From positions 150,001-182,000 of the forward strand of contig DIRZ01000003.1 in NCBI GenBank assembly GCA_002421785.1: a stretch of 32,000 bases of DNA, read 5' to 3'. Both the position numbers and the translations under genes were made by a program. Positions 26,815 to 32,000 of the stretch are shown piece by piece; positions within the stretch are counted from its first letter, which is position 1; every line of letters starts with the position of its first letter. The notes under the pieces are model-generated. The model was not told the DNA's origin. It made no database searches and worked only from the letters and a program-made list of their open reading frames with translations. Source of the stretch: Candidatus Saccharimonadota bacterium (lineage in GTDB: Bacteria; Patescibacteriota; Saccharimonadia; Saccharimonadales; Saccharimonadaceae).

Positions 26815-27642
26815 TTAATACTGCAAATCAGCAACGACAGGACGGTGATCTGAACCGACGTCACGAAGCACCCTATAGCCAATGACCTTGAATTGCTTGC
26901 TTCCAAATATCCAATCGATTTTTGCGAGTCGCAATGCGGGGGCCCACTCCAGTCCTGCCTGTTTGGCGCTAATGGTCCGACGGTGTTTGGTATCGAGATC
27001 ACGCAGTTTCGTGTCATTCAACATTGTATTTATTGTTGTTCCATATCCCATTTCATGAACACGTCCCGCCACACTTCGAAGCTGCTCATGCCTTACGAGT
27101 GAAGCCAGTCGGCCAGCAATCGACGACCTGGCGAATCGCGCAAATAATGATTTCTCATGCATTGCATTAAAATCGCCCATCACTAATGTCGGCGCGCTGA
27201 TATCACTATTAACACTAGAAATAACGGCAACAATTTGTTTCAAACGCGTATCCTCAGCCCTATCGTCGAGATGTACACCGATGACCCTGATCTGCTCCCC
27301 CGCTTCATCGCGCGCATGAAGCTCAATATATGGCCTACCGGTTTCTGGAAGCGCATGCCGCAGGGCAGAAGTTACCGGCAGTCGACTAAGAATCGCCATC
27401 CCCACTCCCGGTGATCGCTCGTCATCATAGGCAGCGAGCGAAATCTCATACCCCAGTGAGCGTATTGCGAGAAGTATTTCTTCGTGAGCGGTAGCGATAT
27501 TGCCGAACTCCGGAACGACAACAAAGTCTGCTTTTAGCTTCCGAAGGACGGCAAGTGCGTCATGTGGGAGAGCTCGCCTGGTTTTACTACCCTCTACAAA
27601 CATTCCCTCAGCGTTCCACGTCACAACCCTCAGCTTTGTCAT
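26815..27642 (-). CDS. endonuclease/exonuclease/phosphatase (EEP) family protein
   Basis: Carries [20 protein letters not shown] and [11 protein letters not shown]. Its ATG overlaps the uvrB stop (ATGA). Confidence 0.85.
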   Translation of the reverse strand: MTKLRVVTWNAEGMFVEGSKTRRALPHDALAVLRKLKADFVVVPEFGNIATAHEEILLAIRSLGYEISLAAYDDERSPGVGMAILSRLPVTSALRHALPETGRPYIELHARDEAGEQIRVIGVHLDDRAEDTRLKQIVAVISSVNSDISAPTLVMGDFNAMHEKSLFARFARSSIAGRLASLVRHEQLRSVAGRVHEMGYGTTINTMLNDTKLRDLDTKHRRTISAKQAGLEWAPALRLAKIDWIFGSKQFKVIGYRVLRDVGSDHRPVVADLQY

Positions 27643-29612
27643 TTCATCTTACCTTTAATCTCTGCTATCAAGTCACGCAGCTCTGCAGCGCGCTCGAACT
27701 CCAAGTTAGCACTTGCCAGTTTCATTTGACCTTCAAGGTCCTTCGCAAGGCTAGCGTATTCATCCTTCGGTATCTTGTTGAGATTAATCTTTGCAGAAGT
27801 ATCCTCTTTCTGAGGGATAATAGCCCTCAGACCCTCGTCAATCGCCTTATCAACTCCGCGTGGCGTGATACTGTGCTCCTCGTTATAGCGCTGCTGAATC
27901 TCGCGACGACGATTCGTCTCATCAATGGCGATTTGCATACTCCGAGTCACTGTATCGGCGTACATAATGACGCTTCCGTCTACATGCCGAGCGGCGCGGC
28001 CAATCGTTTGAATCAACGCCCCTGCGCTCCTCAGAAACCCTTCTTTATCAGCGTCAATAATCGCTACTAAACTCACCTCGGGGAGATCGAGACCTTCACG
28101 AAGCAAATTAATTCCTACCAGCACGTCGTAAACACCCATGCGCAAATCGCGCAAAATATCGCCCCGCTCAAGCGTATCAACTTCACTGTGAATGTAGGCA
28201 GTTTTCATGCCAAGCTCGACGAAGTGCGCGCTGAGATCTTCGGCCATTCTCTTCGTTAATGTCGTTACCAGCACGCGCTGATGCTTAGCGATTCTGTCGC
28301 GAATTTCCGCAATCAAATCATCAATCTGACCCTCAATAGGCCGAATTTGGATTTCAGGATCAAGCAAACCGGTAGGACGAATAATTTGCTGGGCAGGCGC
28401 AGGCGTATGTGATAGTTCATATTCTCCTGGGGTAGCAGAAACATATACCGCTTGGTGTATGTGTTTGTCAAATTCATCGAAACGGAGCGGCCGGTTGTCA
28501 AGGGCGCTTGGCAAACGAAACCCATAGTCAACCAAAATTTCCTTACGCGCACGGTCGCCATTGTACATCCCTCGCACCTGCGGCAACGTTTGATGACTCT
28601 CGTCCACGAACAGCAAAAAGTCGTCTGGGAAATAGTCAAGCAGCGTCGCGGGCTGCTCGCCTGGCTCACGGTTTGTAAGGTAACGACTATAGTTCTCTAT
28701 ACCTTTTACAAACCCAGTTTCTTCAAGCATTTCCAGGTCAAACTTTGTACGTTGAGCCAATCTTTGAGCTTCCAGATACTTATCGTTCTTCTCGAAATAG
28801 GCCATACGCTCATCAAATTCTTTTTTTATGCCATCGATGGCGCGCAGCACTTTGTCTTTTGGCGTCACGTAGTGACTTGAAGGAAAAATATTGATAGACG
28901 TCGGTTCGCTTAATATTTCGCCCGTGAGAGGGTCGATATTCGTGATGCGGTCAACGTCATCACCGAAGAACTCAATACGAAATGCGCTGTCGCTGCCTGC
29001 GGGATAAACATCAACGACGTCACCTCGCACACGGAATGTTCCTCGATGAAAATCGATGTCATTACGTTGATACTGGATATCGGTCAACTGACGCACAAAC
29101 TTGTCTTGAACGCGGCGCTCGCCACGTTCAATTTTAATCGACATCTCTGAATAATCATCTGGCGAGCCAATGCCATAGATACAGCTGACACTCGCCACGA
29201 TAATCACATCGCGGCGCGTTAACAACGCACTTGTCGCCGCATGACGCAGTCGGTCAATCTCCTCGTTAATCGCGCTATCTTTTTCGATATACGTATCACT
29301 ACTGGCAATATAAGCCTCAGGCTGATAATAATCAAAGTAACTTACAAAATAATGAACTTCGTTGTCTGGAAAGAATTGCTTGAACTCGCTAAATAATTGG
29401 GCGGCGAGTGTCTTGTTATGCGCCATAACGAGCGTCGGAACGTTACGACTAGCAATAATATTTGCCATCGTAAACGTCTTTCCGCTTCCTGTTACTCCCA
29501 GTAATGTTTGCTCACGCTCACCGGCATTAAGCCCCTCAACAAGCTGGGCAATGGCCGTAGGCTGATCGCCCGTTGGCTGATACTTAGAAGTAAGGCGAAA
29601 TGTGTTCACCAT
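27639..29612 (-). CDS. uvrB: excinuclease ABC subunit B
   Basis: Begins [17 protein letters not shown], with Walker [13 protein letters not shown], helicase motifs and a C-terminal UVR domain. I chose ATG 29612. The track start is TTG 29648. Confidence 0.95.
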   Translation of the reverse strand: MVNTFRLTSKYQPTGDQPTAIAQLVEGLNAGEREQTLLGVTGSGKTFTMANIIASRNVPTLVMAHNKTLAAQLFSEFKQFFPDNEVHYFVSYFDYYQPEAYIASSDTYIEKDSAINEEIDRLRHAATSALLTRRDVIIVASVSCIYGIGSPDDYSEMSIKIERGERRVQDKFVRQLTDIQYQRNDIDFHRGTFRVRGDVVDVYPAGSDSAFRIEFFGDDVDRITNIDPLTGEILSEPTSINIFPSSHYVTPKDKVLRAIDGIKKEFDERMAYFEKNDKYLEAQRLAQRTKFDLEMLEETGFVKGIENYSRYLTNREPGEQPATLLDYFPDDFLLFVDESHQTLPQVRGMYNGDRARKEILVDYGFRLPSALDNRPLRFDEFDKHIHQAVYVSATPGEYELSHTPAPAQQIIRPTGLLDPEIQIRPIEGQIDDLIAEIRDRIAKHQRVLVTTLTKRMAEDLSAHFVELGMKTAYIHSEVDTLERGDILRDLRMGVYDVLVGINLLREGLDLPEVSLVAIIDADKEGFLRSAGALIQTIGRAARHVDGSVIMYADTVTRSMQIAIDETNRRREIQQRYNEEHSITPRGVDKAIDEGLRAIIPQKEDTSAKINLNKIPKDEYASLAKDLEGQMKLASANLEFERAAELRDLIAEIKGKMK

Positions 29613-29650
29613 TTCATTATACCTTGCGATTAGCAAGGCGTACAGCAAGC

Positions 29651-30277
29651 TTAGCCGCGGCGATTACTTGTAGGTTCAGTGTCTGATTCGCGCAGTGTGT
29701 CACGTTCAATGCTCATGTCATGAAAATCGGCATATTTTTTATCAAGCGCCTCCACAACTTTCGCGACAAGTCGTTTTGGGTCCGTATCATAAATGACATC
29801 TTTGCCACCCGGTGCTTCTATGTGCTTCAGAAGCGTCGCAGTATAATCCGCTAGCCCGCCGCTTCCAAGTAAAACGCCGCATACTTTCCGGCTCTCTAGG
29901 GCTGTGGCAAGCTCATGAAGGCTCCCCATTCGGCCTCCAACGGTAATGACAGCGTCAGCGCTTCGAACTAAGTGCACATCTCGACCGACATACTCCATAC
30001 CGGTAAAGTTAATGTAGTCGAATTCTTTAGTAGGCAAGCGGTACGTTGATACATGCTCCCTAAACGAACTTGCGGGGCTGAATCCAATCGATGAGCCTTT
30101 GCTATTTTTTACACTTACAAATCCCATCGCCGCGTAATGTGGTAAGCCGACCGTTGCACCTGTAAGAAGCGTCTTGCCTGCCTTAGCAATTTCGACCCCA
30201 AGCGCAAACGCATGCTCGTGCGATCCATTCACTGTTTCGCCCGCAGCTGCTCCGCTGACGCATATTTGATATCTCAT
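29651..30277 (-). CDS. LOG / TIGR00725-like Rossmann-fold nucleotide-binding protein
   Basis: ICVSGAA...[10 protein letters not shown]...[19 protein letters not shown] matches the LOG-superfamily pattern. The SD GAGGAG precedes the ATG, and the ATGA overlaps the upstream gene. Confidence 0.75.
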   Translation of the reverse strand: MRYQICVSGAAAGETVNGSHEHAFALGVEIAKAGKTLLTGATVGLPHYAAMGFVSVKNSKGSSIGFSPASSFREHVSTYRLPTKEFDYINFTGMEYVGRDVHLVRSADAVITVGGRMGSLHELATALESRKVCGVLLGSGGLADYTATLLKHIEAPGGKDVIYDTDPKRLVAKVVEALDKKYADFHDMSIERDTLRESDTEPTSNRRG

Positions 30278-31770
30278 ATATGTAACTCCTCTGCCTTATA
30301 CCATTCCGGCGCTTCTGATAGGTATCCTTCTATATCTTCTTTGCCGAGTAAACCTGCTTGAGCGCCAAGTTTCTGTACCACGCTCATACTGTTTATCGGT
30401 GCCCACGTAAGTGCTGTCGCTACGGTTTCGCCCAGTGCCAGCGCGGCCACAATCGTACTTGCAAATGCGTCCCCGGCCCCAGTTCGATCGATCGGCGGCG
30501 CGGGGTCAGGATAATTTGGCACTTTGTATAACCTGCCGTCATACGACGCATAGGAGCCTTCTGGTCCATCGGTAATAACGACCACTTCTGGACCTACTGC
30601 GTGCAGCGCGTCAGCCAGGGCGCGCACGTCATCATAGGATTGGCCGGTTACATCTACCGCTTCTTCACGGTTCATCACAACGATATGCGATCTCTCATAA
30701 ACGCGTTTTAGCTTATCGACTCCCCATTTAAAGTGGAATGTTCCTGGTTGAAATGCAAGTTTGACTTCTGGATGCACTTCGAGAAATGCGAGCATGTCTT
30801 CGTGAAGCTGCCAACTGTCCGCGCTAATTAGCGATAGGTATATCCAGTCAGGCTTGGTAGCAGGTTCAATCCAACGATAATCATACGCTTCATTTTTCAC
30901 AAGAATTGTGCGGTCTGCTCCATATCGTAAAACGTAGTAAGTATTGCTAGGCGTATCCGGCTGCTTAACAACCGGTGTCACGTCAACCTGCTCGCTGGTA
31001 AGATAGCTAATGGAGTCATCGGCGACCTTGTCTGTCCCAAGCCAACTCATCATGCCAACCCGCAGCCCTAAGCGGGCACATGACACACCAGCATTAGGCG
31101 ACGGCCCCACGCTCGTAACAGTATCAACACGTTCATACGGTGGCTTACTGCCGAATGGAACACTCAGTCTTTTACTGCCGTCTGCATCAGTATCGATTCG
31201 TGCTTCGCTTTCCAGTAGCTTAATGAATACATCAGTAAAAATGTCACCCACGCATAGAACATATGGCCGCAGGTCGCTCGTGTTAACTTGGAGCTTTTTT
31301 TCGTGATACTCATCAAGACTACAACGATCGAGCCCCGCTTCGCTGACAACTTCGTCAATCACGCCCTCATCATCACCATCTGCAGCAACGTATCGGGCGG
31401 TCAGTCCGTGCTGAATTTGGCATCGCATATGAGCAACAGTTCGCGAATCATAGGGTCGGGTCACGTTTTCTTTTACATCGTCATGGTTAAATGAAATGAT
31501 ACGACCACCAAACGAAAGACCAACGTCATCGGTATGGCTGAACAACACACCATTATCCGCCTGCGCTTCCAAGGCATGATACAGCTCTTGTTCAGTTGTG
31601 TCTGCTGGATTCAGGCCAATTTGACGCATCACATCATGCGCACGTGCAGTGATGTCACCGATATAGGCAACATCGATACCCTGATTCCGCGTCATAGACT
31701 CAAGCTGTCGCATCGCCGCACTAAACATCGGCTCTTTTGCGTTGAGTAACTGCTGAAGATACCTTGCCAC
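30274..31770 (-). CDS. PfkB-family carbohydrate/nucleoside kinase with an unrecognised ~165-aa N-terminal domain
   Basis: The C-terminal ~320 aa is PfkB (VLCVGDIFTDVF..., DRTGAGDAFAS). GTG 31770 is preceded by GGGAGG. I did not recognise the N-terminal 165 aa. Confidence 0.8.
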   Translation of the reverse strand: MARYLQQLLNAKEPMFSAAMRQLESMTRNQGIDVAYIGDITARAHDVMRQIGLNPADTTEQELYHALEAQADNGVLFSHTDDVGLSFGGRIISFNHDDVKENVTRPYDSRTVAHMRCQIQHGLTARYVAADGDDEGVIDEVVSEAGLDRCSLDEYHEKKLQVNTSDLRPYVLCVGDIFTDVFIKLLESEARIDTDADGSKRLSVPFGSKPPYERVDTVTSVGPSPNAGVSCARLGLRVGMMSWLGTDKVADDSISYLTSEQVDVTPVVKQPDTPSNTYYVLRYGADRTILVKNEAYDYRWIEPATKPDWIYLSLISADSWQLHEDMLAFLEVHPEVKLAFQPGTFHFKWGVDKLKRVYERSHIVVMNREEAVDVTGQSYDDVRALADALHAVGPEVVVITDGPEGSYASYDGRLYKVPNYPDPAPPIDRTGAGDAFASTIVAALALGETVATALTWAPINSMSVVQKLGAQAGLLGKEDIEGYLSEAPEWYKAEELHI

Positions 31771-31771
31771 T

Positions 31772-32000
31772 TTATGCCTCCCTCGCGTTAACCGGTCGTT
31801 CGTGAATCGGCATTTCGTGCAGCTTCACACCACGATGAAGAATACCGTCCTTTGCGCCAATTTTTGTGACCACGCTCGTGCTGTTCGCACTCGCGAATAT
31901 GATGGACTCTTTGAGCGATTTGCCCTGTGACCACTGACTCAAAAAACCGCTGGCAAAAGCGTCGCCAGCCCCAGTCCGATCAATCACCGGAACATCTTCA
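31772..32000 (-). CDS. PfkB-family kinase, C-terminal part only (gene continues past the window end)
   Basis: Carries IDRTGAGDAFASGF and ANSTSVVTKIGA. The frame stays open to nt 32000, so the apparent M at 31987 is an internal GTG. Confidence 0.8.
   Translation of the reverse strand, partial: EDVPVIDRTGAGDAFASGFLSQWSQGKSLKESIIFASANSTSVVTKIGAKDGILHRGVKLHEMPIHERPVNAREA

Noticed and set aside
29616-29621. TATAAT immediately upstream of uvrB as its promoter
   Set aside because: It lies only 3 nt from ATG 29612, so a transcript started from it would lack the start codon. uvrB is more likely expressed from the upstream operon, using the AAGG SD-like sequence within the hairpin region.

Overview
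This is a compact, gene-dense bacterial chromosomal window of about 30 CDS at roughly 50% GC by eye. Convergent genes often overlap at their stop codons. Most content is housekeeping:
- tgt plus the yhhQ queuosine-precursor transporter
- a CarD/CdnL regulator, a membrane-anchored DUF1524/HNH nuclease, and aminopeptidase N
- an RNase HII fused to a YraN-like domain
- rplS, malic enzyme, a PilB/GspE ATPase, and a SpoU/TrmH methyltransferase
- dnaE, followed by small membrane or stress proteins (DUF5665-like, YtxH, DUF948)
- a gatC-gatA-(small membrane ORF)-gatB-NUDIX-galU operon
- a GH13 enzyme
- a pfkB-pfkB-LOG-uvrB-EEP nuclease operon

I recognised no rRNA, tRNA, CRISPR array, transposase or integrase. 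The repertoire is salvage genes, pilus ATPase and a secreted nuclease with no biosynthetic operons. That fits a reduced, host-dependent lineage such as Saccharibacteria/CPR, but this is inference only.

Stand-outs:
1. An ORF-free, helix-dense element of about 0.75 kb lies between rplS and the malic-enzyme gene (core 8728-9364). A 14-bp long-range helix closes it. A near-consensus promoter points into it. I could not match it to any RNA class I know. It is the best candidate for something undescribed.
2. A 65% GC single-gene cassette (7621-8021) has a perfect TTGACA-17-TATAAT promoter and a 16-bp terminator. It is inserted between rnhB and rplS.
3. At about a dozen transcription-unit starts, a -10 box sits only 6-9 nt from the ATG (leaderless-type). 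Internal operon genes instead use strong Shine-Dalgarno sites.
4. Other notable items:
   - the RNase HII-YraN fusion
   - a small membrane protein with an Rx4H motif, translationally coupled inside gatCAB
   - a TGT with non-canonical pocket motifs
   - an L19 with a ~60-aa charged tail
   - two orphan proteins
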